Assembly: GCF_006345805.1 (NCBI RefSeq)
Contig: NC_043006.1
Span: 28,396,001-28,460,000 of the forward strand
Reading direction: 5' to 3'
Length of the DNA: 64,000 nt
DNA from: Octopus sinensis
Lineage: Eukaryota
The notes under the pieces were generated by a model. The model had not been told where the DNA came from, did not search any database, and saw only the letters and a list, made by a program, of their open reading frames with translations. Positions 26,235-38,415 of the stretch are shown here, in pieces (position 1 is the stretch's first letter; every line of letters begins with the position of its first letter). Position numbers and translations under genes: made by a program.

Positions 26235-26400
26235 TAATATGTGGAACAAATATAGTATTATTGGACGCTCAGGAAAGAAGGAAAGAAGGAGGGTTTAACG
26301 TTTCGAGCGGAGCTCTTCGTCGGAAACATAGGAGAAGGAAAGATCCAGAGAAGGGAAGACAGAGGAAAAAAAATCGCCAACGGTACACACGCGGTCATAC
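26235..26400 (-). mobile_element. Penelope-like terminal repeat (solo), copy 1
   Basis: Nearly identical to 32555-32712, which sits at the 3' end of a Penelope-like RT remnant. Confidence 0.75.
26293..26327 (-). ncRNA. Minimal type I hammerhead ribozyme-like motif (U4C variant)
   Basis: Minus strand GUUU-CCGACGA-A-GAGC-UCC-GCUC-GAAAC-GUU-AAAC: stem I GUUU/AAAC, stem II GAGC/GCUC, loopless palindromic stem III (AACGUU). Confidence 0.55.
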
Positions 26401-27930
26401 ATATATATATATGGAAAGGTTATCCAGGCCTGTTTGAAATTCTCTTACATTTTTTGTGAAATCTGGAAAATATTTTTTTATATTTTTAATCTAGTTTGAC
26501 AACAAAGGTACAAGATACTGATGTTAATTTGTTTTTATGTGGAGCGTTATGAAAGAAGCGCTTTTAATGAGTGGAAAATAAAACCGCGTGGATTTTTCTA
26601 TCTTTTCTATTTTTAAAGTCACTGCGCATGCACATGACATAATATCGGTATTTGACCATATATTGTACTTTTGCTCATTTCCGGAATTTTATTTTTTTAC
26701 ATTGAATTATTAATGATTCAATTTACATTGAAACATTAAAATAAAATTAGTAATTTATTTTTACTTTCATTAATTTTTCATTTATTGTTATTTACTTTTT
26801 CTATGCCGAAAAGAACATGTACATTTACGAAGAACTTTAAAAGGATTACCCTTTATATCATAAAATTTTCTATAAATATTTAGGTTAAAATGTGATTCGT
26901 TTCCATAGTTTTCCGTGGGGTATTGAAGTAGATGGGATAACAAAGCTTATTTGCAATAGCAAAATCACAGGTAAGAGATTTGTCTAGCACGCATAAAATG
27001 TAAAGCTGCAATATTTAATATAATTGCAACAATGGATACATTTGAGCTTGTTAAAGACTAAACTTGTGATAATTCCTACATATAAGTGGATGTTTAAATT
27101 ATTCAAATAATACCATGTATACAATATTCCCACTCAGGAACAAAGTGAATACAAGTGAAATTTAAATAATTTAAATATGTAAACCATTCCAGATGAGATA
27201 TTTCAAGTCATGACTGACACCTTAATCACTGTTAATAATGATGTATACACTTATTTTAACACGTTCCTACGCATTATAACGTAAATGGAATTCGCTGCGG
27301 CGCTTTGTTTCGGCGAACGGATTTCTTCTTATAGACTTTTTGTCTTAATATTTTGTTTGCTGTTTTCTATTTAAAATCAAAAGTTCTTGTCAAGCGCCAA
27401 GTGACTTGAGGCGGCATCTACCACCGAGGAAGCGAAATTATGCCGAAACACCGGCTTCCAATTGTCGGCTGATGCCGTTTGGATCTTGACATCTAGACGC
27501 ACAAAGTTTACAGGAAGAAATTCGTTCTTTAAGTCAAAATCTCGCAGTGAATGCCATTTGCAAAAGCGTGTCAAAACTCAATGTGCACATCTTATTCTTC
27601 CTCACACACATATACAGATATGGATATGGAGATATAACCCCACCCCACACACACACACAGATATCTATAAAAGGAAATTGTAATAAAAGAGGTACTAATA
27701 GCGAGAGCAGCAAAAGAAAAATATGTCCATTGAAGCCAACATACAATGTTGTTTGCATGTCTGCTATATATCAAGATCTATCTCTTCCTTCTTATACAGC
27801 ACATTTACATCTTTATCTACGAAATGTGAAAGATCAGAAATAGACAAATATCTTAACAGGAGGTTCTCATACCAAACATGGTGAAAGGTTTTGTTTATGT
27901 GAAAGACAGCAACTGTGTGTTCTGATATAT

Positions 27931-28018
<88 letters not shown>

Positions 28019-28871
28019 AGGAGAGAGAGAGAGAGATTATTTCTGTCATGTATTGGATGTTGAAGTTGAGGGTGATAAGTCGTTAGTCAATAGATCCAGA
28101 GAAGTTCCCCTTTTGGGGAAAATAATGCACTGTCGTATGTGACCAAAATTTGGACAGAATGTGAAGAGATAGATAGGGAGAAAGAGAGAGAGATTCAGGT
28201 GATGAAGAAAACTGATTAAAAAGCATTTCTAATCTATCAAACCGATCTATTTACTCCCACATTAACCTTCACTTCACCCTATTAAGTTTATTTGCCATCT
28301 TCGAAGCCAGATTTATGCCTTCCATCGCATTGAAAATAGACGAGGAGGCGTCATTCCTTATAACAAATCCGAGCTATTCGATAATTTTTGTAATTAACCA
28401 GAAAATCAAGAAAATCCATTTAACCAATCATTGATTGATTAACATTTGTTACTAACTTCTACTGAGGCGTTATGCGCCAGCATTGATATCTAATTATTTT
28501 TAACAGATATAATTTTCTGAACGAATTACTCTTGCTTCGACATTCCATTTTTCATTCGGAAAGTAATGCAACCTTACCCTGTTATAAGAAGCGTTAATAA
28601 TTATTTGAGTCAGAACAGTTTTACTATAACTGATATTTATATCATTCCTTTCTATTTTTATATATGTATAGAGTTATAAAATCCACCAACTTATTTTACA
28701 CGCCTGGTTAGAATGTAAACTATTCAAAATACCCTTCATACTGAGAGAATGAACCGTACTAGAGCTGGTTCTAGATTAAATGATCATCTTAAACCATTTA
28801 GTTTCGTATGTCGAGAGAAACATCGTTATCAAACATCAACCCAATTGTGTCTGAAAGACTCGTTGTCAGCC

Positions 28872-28908
28872 ATGCGACCGAGGAAGCGCCGTGGTATTTA
28901 TTCAAAAG
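28872..28908 (+). CDS. Candidate short alternative first coding exon (MRPRKRRGIYSK, GC-AG intron)
   Basis: gccATG start, 37 nt (phase 1), then AAG|GCAAGT, the consensus GC donor. Joins in frame to the AGL exon at 62083. Confidence 0.4.
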
Positions 28909-29893
28909 GCAAGTTTATTTTTAAATGTGGAAAGCAACTTGAAAAATAATTTGAAACTTTTTTTATGCATGCATAATTTTGCTTGATTTTTTTTTCCCCA
29001 ATGTTAGTCTAGACATTTAAATAATGACTTAAAATAGGATATACGCTATCATTGGGAATTTACGTGTTGCTTCAAATAGTTCGTTTTGGTGATTTTAATT
29101 GAGCTCAATAATCCCCCTCCGCAACTAATTAGAAAGATTACAAAACTCGATAGGACAGGTTTTTTCTTCTTTTTTTCTTAGATATAATTCGACCTTTGTA
29201 TCAAATGACTTTTATAAGAGTTTAACTTTAACTCGGCCCGCTAACTCTCTGACTCAAAAGTTTAAAAACAAGACAATAAAAACAAAAATACAAAATGACA
29301 CCTAATTCACGAAATTAGTGACTAATTAGATATGTGAGGGACACAGTCATTCATTGCAGTCTATGTCCACCCAAAACAGCTCATACAAATATATTTATTT
29401 AGTGGTCAGCGGAGGCAGGACAGTGATCAAGTGGTTTTTAATTAGATTGTCAGATAGGAATAATCAATTAACGTTAGTGAGATTAATGTTTGGTTTTTGT
29501 TGCTACATTCCAATACAGTGTTTGGAGACTAATGAGGGTTTTGAGGCTGCTATTTTCGCGTGTGTGATTTAGCGCGCGCTACATGCTTACTAAGTGGGAG
29601 GAACAGTGGGGGTCTTTTGTCAATGTAGTTGTAGTTGTTGTTGCTTAGCTCCAGGCTAGCACTGGACATTCCCATTTCCCCACTCCTTCGCAAAATATTT
29701 TGTACTCCTTCTTCGAGAGTAGCAAACAATCACCCCCGGGAGTTTTCTTTTTCCCACTTTCAATTCCTTTAGAATGATGCTTGTGTACGTTATTCGGTAC
29801 ATCACCATCTACCCAAATACACTAGCCCGAATCAATCACCAAGAAGCGTAGTCGCTGTGTGAGTTTTAAAGATGCAGGTCTAACGGCAACATA

Positions 29894-30389
29894 CCGTAAA
29901 TCCTCGAGTATAATCCGCATTTTTTCCCCCAAATTTAAAGGTCAAACTCCCTGGTGCGTACTATATACGAGGTTAAAAGGGAAAATTATTTTCTAAGCAA
30001 TGTCCGAGTCTCTATTTGCTGTCCGGCAATGTTTATTCCGACGCATTTTGTGATGTCGGGTGCGACAATACATTAAGCTAATCCTGAAAGCAATGAAGTT
30101 ATAACTTGCAGTAAGCAACATTTCTTAAACGTTATTACTGTTATTTCTTTATTTTCTGCTAACAAAATGCACAAAAAGCTACACGTTTGCATTATGTTAT
30201 ATATACAATAATAATAAAGGACGTTACCGTATACATTTTTACAAACCAAGGACATTATATAGACCTCCTTGACTCAAGTTAGAGAAGGGGTGCGTATTAT
30301 ACACGAGGTTTAGGTTTTTCAGGGATACAGCCCCCTAAAAATCCCCTGCGTATCATACTCAAGGGCGGACTATACTCGAGGATTTACGG
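29894..30389. mobile_element. pogo-type MITE, copy 2
   Basis: TA TSD; near-perfect TIR CCGTAAATCCTCGAGTATA(A/G)TCCGC at both ends. Confidence 0.9.
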
Positions 30390-30504
30390 TATTCGGAGCT
30401 GTGAACATGACAAAAGTGTTTGAGAATGAGTGAACAGGTTGCAGCAGGGAGCGTAGTTTCGAATTTATTGCAGTAACAAAGTATAATCGTCGATTACTGA
30501 GCTT

Positions 30505-30729
30505 TCTTTTATCTTTTTCTTTTACTGATTTCAATCATTAGACTGTGGCCATGCTGGGGCACCGCCTTGAAGAATTTTAGTCCAATGAATCGACCCCAGT
30601 ACTATATTTTTTTTACTAAGCCTAGTACTTATTCTATCAATTTCTTTTGCCGAACCGCTAATTTGGCGGAGACGTAATATACCAACACCGGTTGTCAAGC
30701 GGTTGTAGGGGAACACACACGCACGCGCG

Positions 30730-30774
<45 letters not shown>

Positions 30775-31290
30775 GACGGGCTTCTTTTAGTTTTCTCCTA
30801 CCAAATCCACTCACAAGACATTGGCTGGCTCGAGGTTGTAGCAGAAGGAACTTGCCCAAGGTGCTTGTGAAATTTTGTTTCAAGGTGCAAGCCGAATATG
30901 TCACAAGCCGCGATCAACTTTGAAAAAATATCCCTATTATAAAAATGTTTTAAAATAAGGGTTTTTTTTCTTGCTTCAGTCATTGAACCGCCGCCATGTT
31001 AGGGGAACACCTTGAAGGGTTTTAGTCGAACAAATCAACCCCAGTACTCGTTTTTAAAGTGGGTACTTATTCTATTGGTCTTCTTTGTTGAACCACGAAG
31101 GGACGCAAACAAATCGATATTGGTTGTCAAGTAGTGGTGGGGCGGACAAAGACACACACAAAATATATACATATACGACGGGCTTGTTTCAATTTCCACC
31201 CACCATATCAGCTCACAAGGCTTTGGTGGGCCAGAGGTTATGGAACTGAACCCCAAATCACATGGTTGAGAAGCAAGCTTCTTAACTTTT
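30505..31290 (-). mobile_element. Two SINE family A copies, partial
   Basis: Reverse complements of ggcggtgccccagcatggcc and gaagcccgtcgtatat...gtggatttggtag. Confidence 0.75.
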
Positions 31291-31769
31291 CAGCCATTAT
31301 TCTTATTAAAGAAATACGAATTATACCGTCCGCTATCTCTGGTGAAGGCGATGTGTTAGTGTATTCTGTGTGAATCTATGAGGAAGATTCCCGTTTTGTG
31401 ATTTTGAAATTTGTCATGGAGAGATTCACAGTTCTGCCGCAACAGTCAAATTAATATCTAATACCTATCGGACTTCTTATCTGGTTCCAGAAATTCGAAA
31501 AAAATGTACAGTAACGTGCAATATACTCAACCCCATATTAAGTAAACAGACCCTGTTTTTGAAGTTGGTTAATTTGCTGGTTGAACTAAAGGTTCTTCAA
31601 CGACATTAAAAGACCTTGGAACTAATGTTCGCTGCGGTCATTCTTTGATCACTCGATGTTTTTCTCTGGCTCTATTATCCCACATACATAAAAAGCATGG
31701 ATATTTGGTGTATCCAGTTTCTTGCACTCTTCTACAGCCATCCACCCATCTTTTCTGCCCACTGTTCTT

Positions 31770-32110
31770 GGAGGATCGTGGGGGTAGAGTCTGCAGACAC
31801 TTAAGCAACCGTCATTAAACCTTCAGGCTGGACTCCCAAGTGTGACTAAATGAGACTATGGGTTTTATCCAATCATCTGGTTATTGGTATACCCCTAGGT
31901 CTCCTACTAACTTGAAGAATCCACCTTGCGATTCTCTCCTGCGGCATTCTAATCATATTCCCGTAGTACCGGAGCTGTGACCTCTCAAGTAGCAGGTGGA
32001 CTTGAAGAGGTTCCATGATCTCTGAGCGGCGCGCCCTCTCGAGTAGCGTTACACTAAAGATCCTTCGGAGGAACCGCATTTCGGCCGCTTGTATTCGCGA
32101 TTGTACTCTT
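31770..32110 (-). mobile_element. RTE-clade LINE, 3' fragment
   Basis: RIQAAEMRFLRRI...RSQLRYYGNMIRMPQERIAR...RRPRG, the RTE C-terminal pattern. Confidence 0.8.
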
Positions 32111-32119
32111 CCGGTCTTT

Positions 32120-32430
32120 CGGTCTTTCTATTTTAAAAACTAAATTTAGCAGGTATTAATCTCTTGTTACAATACCCTTCGACTGCATTGGAAACCTCGA
32201 TGTAGCATGGATATCTGCATTTACTAACTTCTTTGTTATCCGATTGTTATGGACGCTAGACTGCTTCTTGAACTTTTCAAATCGCCCGTAAACAATAAAT
32301 GCTTGAATGACTTCCCTACATTCTTGTTTCAACTACTTAAATAGATTCAACGTATTTAATATGTAACAGTTTAGAATGATTAGGTATTATTTTCTTTAAC
32401 CCGGGCAACGCCGGGTATTTCAGCTAATAT
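32120..32430 (-). mobile_element. Helentron-associated element fragment
   Basis: cccgggcaacgccgggtatttcagctaatat is the reverse complement of the Helentron-type 5' end. Confidence 0.55.
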
Positions 32431-32445
32431 ATATGTGTATGTGTG

Positions 32446-32504
<59 letters not shown>

Positions 32505-32511
<7 letters not shown>

Positions 32512-34620
32512 TAATTCAAACATGAAAACACAATGAGAAAACAACAACGTGGACGTGGAACAAATATAGTATTATTGGATGATCAGGAAGGAAGGGAAGA
32601 AGGAGGGTTTTAAGTTTCGAGCGGAGCTATTCGTCTGGAACATAGGAAAAGGAAAGATCCAGAGAAGGGAAGACGGAGGAAAAAAATCGCCAACGGTGCA
32701 CACGCGGTCACATATAATTCCAATAAAGTTAGAGGTTGTGAATCCAACCCACTGAGGGATAATATCTATCCAATATACTGCTGGTAGAATACCTAATTAT
32801 TAATACACAAGTGTTTTTATTGCATTGCAATTACATTACCTAGTGTATCTACATCCATAAGCATATATAATATTCAGTTATTACTAATATTATTAATATT
32901 AGATGCAATCTGTTATTCACAATAGATGATATATAGAATATAATATATAAATAGATATTTTTGAAAGTTATAAGGATAGTAATTTTATAATCAATATATC
33001 AATATGTCATACAGTTATTACAGTTATGTCAAAACTAATCTGCATACACATGAAGAACGTATATATGCATATGCACACATACATATACGCACAAGCATAT
33101 ATATACATATAAATATTTTTTTCCATTTAAACATACTAATATATACATACATATTATATGTTTTGGAATGTAGGATAATTCGCAGACTAATTTATATTTA
33201 TATATCGAGAGAAAAACGTGGTAAACTTCCTTCTCCGTTGTTTATTATTATTGCAATAGTTTAAATCTTACAGGAAGTGGGGAGGGATTATTTTTTATCA
33301 TTTACTTAATCTAATTGATTAACAATTTTTTTGAATTACTTTGCCTCCGTTACGGTTGGTTAATTGATAACCGATGAAATAAAACAAATTGTAAATAGAA
33401 CAAAAATAGTTGAAAATGTGAATTCATATGTATTTATATATATTGAAAATATCTTTTACTATGTTATTTTTTATCTGCATAACGAAAGGGATTATTAACC
33501 ATAAAGTATCTATCTCATTATTTTCCTTATAAGGGTTTCTTATATTATGTGTAAATTCACTGTTGTTATTCTTATTTTTATATTTAATAGTATTCTTTTT
33601 GTTATAATTATTTCTATTTTTACTAAAGATTTCATTATTTTTATTTGTTATCATAATTGTTGTTGTTGTTATTCTGTCTATAATTATTATTATCATTATC
33701 ATTATTTATTATGGGTTGTCCAATCTTATTTATAATATTTCTATTTCTATTTTTATTATTATTGTTGTTATTTTTATTTTTATTTGTGGTAATGTTATAT
33801 TTGTCTATATTAAGTGTGTTTGGTGTCGTTATTCCATCCTGAGTATTAAAGTTAATATTATTGGGGAGATATTTGATTTTACCCTTATATCCTGCATTTT
33901 GTAATGCTATATTGTATTGTCCTTATGTTTATTAAATATCTCTTCGATAGATGATAGGTTAGAAATTCTTTTACTTATATTTAGTAGTAGGGCTTTTTTT
34001 TTATTTGGGGTGGGGTTACTAGAGTTGTTTATATATCTTAGATTAGAATTTTGTTTTACATAAGACTCATAGAGTCCAATATGAATGTTACAATTTACAT
34101 CTAAATAATTTATAGAATAATTTTCATTTTCTATAGTTATGGATAGGCCAAATCTATTAAAGAATTTATGTAAACGCTTTTTAAGGATTTCGAGACGTCT
34201 ATTCGAAATCTTCTTAACTAGGAATATTGCATCGTCTCTATATAGACCTCCAGTTAATTCAGGGAATTCCCTACCTATATTGTCTAATAAATAAGGACCT
34301 ACCAGGTCAGTCGTTTCTGCCGAGTCTGGCGATCCCATTGTAATATCAAAGAGGTCTGGTGTGTCTTTTCTTGCCCATAGTTTGTTATCAAATTCAATAA
34401 CAGTTTTGCGGGCAGTAAGTATTACTTTTTTTCTCTCATACTAAGATTAGTGTATCTCTTTGCAAAGATTAGAGCACTATTAAGTTCTACAAGGTTTATA
34501 GATGCATAATAATTCTGTATATCAATTTGAATTAATTTTTGGTAATTCCCACTACCTATTTTTATACTGGAAAACCCGTCTAATGCACCTTGTGTGTTTT
34601 TCCATTGTAAATTATTGTAA
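32505..34620 (-). mobile_element. Penelope-like retroelement remnant (RT) with terminal repeat
   Basis: ORF 33907-34338: MGSPDSAETTDLVGPYLL...GLYRDDAIFL...INYLDV. Terminal repeat 32555-32712 has a decayed hammerhead core (CAGACGA...CGAAAC). Confidence 0.8.
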
Positions 34621-34704
34621 TTAATAGTGAATAAATAAATAAGTTAACATGATATAATGTCTAAAAGTTGATGAACCACATATTGATCTCCTCCATTTTC
34701 TTAT

Positions 34705-34769
<65 letters not shown>

Positions 34770-35184
34770 TATATGTATATGGCGATCTTACGATAATAGT
34801 CATACGACTGTCATTATAAACCAGGTGTGTTCATTTACATTTGTAAAGATGTTTCCGTAAATTTTTTTTCGTTCTTTACATATGGGGTTAGGGGGAAAAG
34901 GGTTCTTTTGAAGTCAGCGTGAAAGCAAAAGATCACAGAGAGCGTGATTGTATGAGGGAAATTCTTTGAAGTTGGCGTGAAGCCAAAGAATTTGAGTGCG
35001 TGCGTGCGTGTGTGTGTGTGTGTGTGCGTGTGCGTGCGTGTGCATGTGTGTGTGTGTGTGTGTATGTGTGTGTGTGTGTGTGCATGTGTGTTTGGTGGGG
35101 TGTGCGAGACAAAGTGTGGTGTTTATGTGAAGTGCTTTTGTTAGTGTGTGTGAAGAGACAGAGAGTAATGTTGGTGGTGTGTGT

Positions 35185-35228
<44 letters not shown>

Positions 35229-35244
35229 GAAAGAAAGAGAGAGA

Positions 35245-35415
35245 CAGGCTGGAGTGGCTGTGTGGTATGTAGCTTGCTTACCAGCCACATGGTTCCGGGT
35301 TCAGTCCCAATGCGTGGCACCTTGGGCAAGTGTCTTCTACTATAGCCTCGGGCCGACCAATGCCTTGTCAGTGGATTTGGTAGACGAAAACTGAAAGAAG
35401 CCCGTCGTATATATG

Positions 35416-35479
<64 letters not shown>

Positions 35480-35695
35480 CGCGCCTGTGTTTGTCCACCC
35501 CAACATCGCTTGACAACCGATGCTGGTGTGTTTGCGTCCTCGTAACTTAGCGGTTCGGCAAAAGAGCCCGATAGAATAAGTACTAGGCTTACAAAGAATA
35601 AGTCCTGGGGTCGATTTGCTTGACTAAAGGCGGTGCTCCAGCATGGCCGCAGTCAAATTACTGAAACAAGTAAAAGAGTAAAAGAGTATGAATGG
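35245..35695 (+). mobile_element. SINE family A, full length
   Basis: Same head, body and tail as 8496 and 17361. Confidence 0.9.
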
Positions 35696-35760
35696 CTTCA
35701 GTGACACACACACACGCAGGTTGTTATGTATGTATGTATGTATGTATATAAACATAGATG

Positions 35761-35816
<56 letters not shown>

Positions 35817-36029
35817 ATATAAACGTAGATGTATATATATATATGAATATACATACACACATTTATATACACATTATATATACATCGATATATATATATA
35901 TACACACATATATACACATCTATATACGCATTATATATATACATCTTTGTATATATATATATATACATATAAACATGCATATACACAAATATATATGCAT
36001 CTATGTCTATATCTATGTATGTGTATATA

Positions 36030-36070
<41 letters not shown>

Positions 36071-36077
<7 letters not shown>

Positions 36078-38415
36078 CGTCCACTCGTGACCGAGGAAGA
36101 CCATTGCCGACCTTCAGGAACATTGTGCGTTCTCGAACTAACTTATATTTTGCTTTTGCGGCTCCGTTGGTGGCTAATGAGCCCTGCTCTTGACAAGCAT
36201 ACACGACTGTAAACATTGCAGACCAAGCTTTCCCCATTCACTATACGAGCCGTGCGCTTTCGTGCAGCTCGCTTAAGTTCTTCATGCTGGATACGAGCTC
36301 TCTCAAAAGTGTCGATCCCCTCCTTAACCTGCTTTCTCCATCTGTGGCGATGACAGGCATTGTTCTCCCAGTCAGTGTCCTGCATATTACAGGCCTTTAA
36401 TGAGGAATTGACACAGTCCTTAAATCGCAGCCTTGGTTTCTGTCGGAGTCCTTCCATTCACAAGTTCTCCATAGAGCATCTGCTTAGGAATCCTGCTATC
36501 CTTCCTTCTAATAAGATGTCCACTCCAACGTAACCGGTGCTTGTGCACAATCGCCCCAATATTCAAGATATCAGCTGTCCTCAAGACCTGTGTGTCTGGA
36601 ATTTTTGAGGTCCAGCCAACATTGAGAATGTGTCTGAGACATCTCTGATGAAAGCGTTCAAGGACCCTTACCTGACGTTTGTACAGAGTACATGTCTCAC
36701 ATGAGTAGAGGAGCGATGTCAGTACACAAGCACAGTACACAGCAACTTTTGTTCTCCTTGCGATGCCATGTTGGGACCAGACACAAGACTGAAGAGACCG
36801 GAAGGAATTAGTTGCCCTCTGCAACCTGAAAGATATTTCCTCATCCAAGGAGCAAGAATGGCTGAGTGTGCTGCCCAGGTAGACAAACTTGTCTACTACC
36901 TTCAGAAGTGTTCCTTCAACCAAGATAGCTGGTTCTATATATGGATTTCCTGGTGCAGGCTGGAACATTACAACAGTCTTGTCCAGGCTAATGCTGAATC
37001 CAAATGCCCTGCAAGAAGCAGATATGCAATTCATGAGTACTTGCATGTCATCCACTGTATGAGTGACTAAGTCACAGTCATCTGCATAAAGGAGGTCACG
37101 AATAATAGACTGGGAAACCTTTGAATTGGCAGCAAATCGGCGAAGATTAAAGAGGCGGCCAGAAGATCGATATCTGACATATATTCCCAGAGAGCTAACC
37201 TTAGCAAAAGCATGAATAAAAGCAGCAGCAAAGTACAAAGAAAAGAGAGTTGGGGCAAGGATGTCACCCTGCTTGACACCATTCTCTACAGGAATGGGTC
37301 CCGCCATGGCACCACCAACATTGACCCAAGCCTCCATCCCATCACGAAATGATTTAATTATAGATACAAAGTGATCCGGACATCCAAGTTTGCCAAGTAT
37401 TTTCCATAGAAAGGCCTTATTTACAGTATCAAAGGCCTTTGTTAAATCAATGAATACCTGGACAAGATCCATATTCTGCTCATAGCACTTCTCTTGCATC
37501 TGTCTTGCTGTGAAAATCATATCCATTGTCCCTCTACCAGATCAGAAACCACATTGAGATTCAGATAGGACACCATTTACGAGACACCCATTCAGACGGG
37601 TAAGAAGAATATTTGCCAGAACCTTGCCAGCAGCTGATAGTAGAGCAATACCTCTGTAGTTTCCACACACTGTTCTGGCTCCTTTTCCTTTATATAGAGG
37701 AAGAATAATTGCATCCTTCCAGTCCTTAGGAATTGCACCATCCCTCCAGACTGCACTAATAAGTTCATGAAGGGACTGTGTGATGTAACTACCACCAAAT
37801 CGCAAGACCTCAGCACAAATTCCATCCTTTCCAGGTGCCCTACCAAGATTCAATTTACTTATTGATGTCATTACTTCATCTATTGAGGGCGAGGAGTATG
37901 GTTTAGGAGTTCAGAGAAGTGTTCGATCCAGCGACCTGTGATTTCTGTTGATTTAGTAAACAGAGTGGAAGACTCCTTGGAAAGCAAAGGAGCTGATGTG
38001 GAGCTCTTGGGTCCATAAGCTCGCTTCATAAGATGGTAAAGCTTCTTGCTGTCATTTGCATCAGCAGCAGCCTGAACATCACGAGCAAGATCCTCCCACC
38101 AAGTGTTCTGCATCTTCCTGAGAGATCGCTGCAGTAGTGATTTTACACTGTTATAGTGGGCAAGTGCTAGACTTCGCTGCACAGTAGACAGTTCTCTGTG
38201 CAGCAACACACTGTAGGCATGGCGCTTTACCACTAATAATCGCTGAATTTCGGCATCATTCTCATCAAACCAGTCTCTGTGTCTGGCAGTAACATACCCC
38301 AGTGTTTCGGCTGCACATCGAACAACCTGGTCTCGAAAATCTTCTCATGCTGCTGCAGTTTTAATGCTGGACAAGCGAGTCTGAAGCTCTTTCCTAACCA
38401 CAACATCATGTTGCA
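36071..38415 (-). mobile_element. RTE-BovB-like LINE, 3' portion (RT domain), disrupted
   Basis: GRAPGKDGI, WKDAIILPLYKGKG...NYRGIALLS, FIDLTKAFDTV, GVKQGDILAPTLF, LLYADD, RLRWSGHL. Confidence 0.92.
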
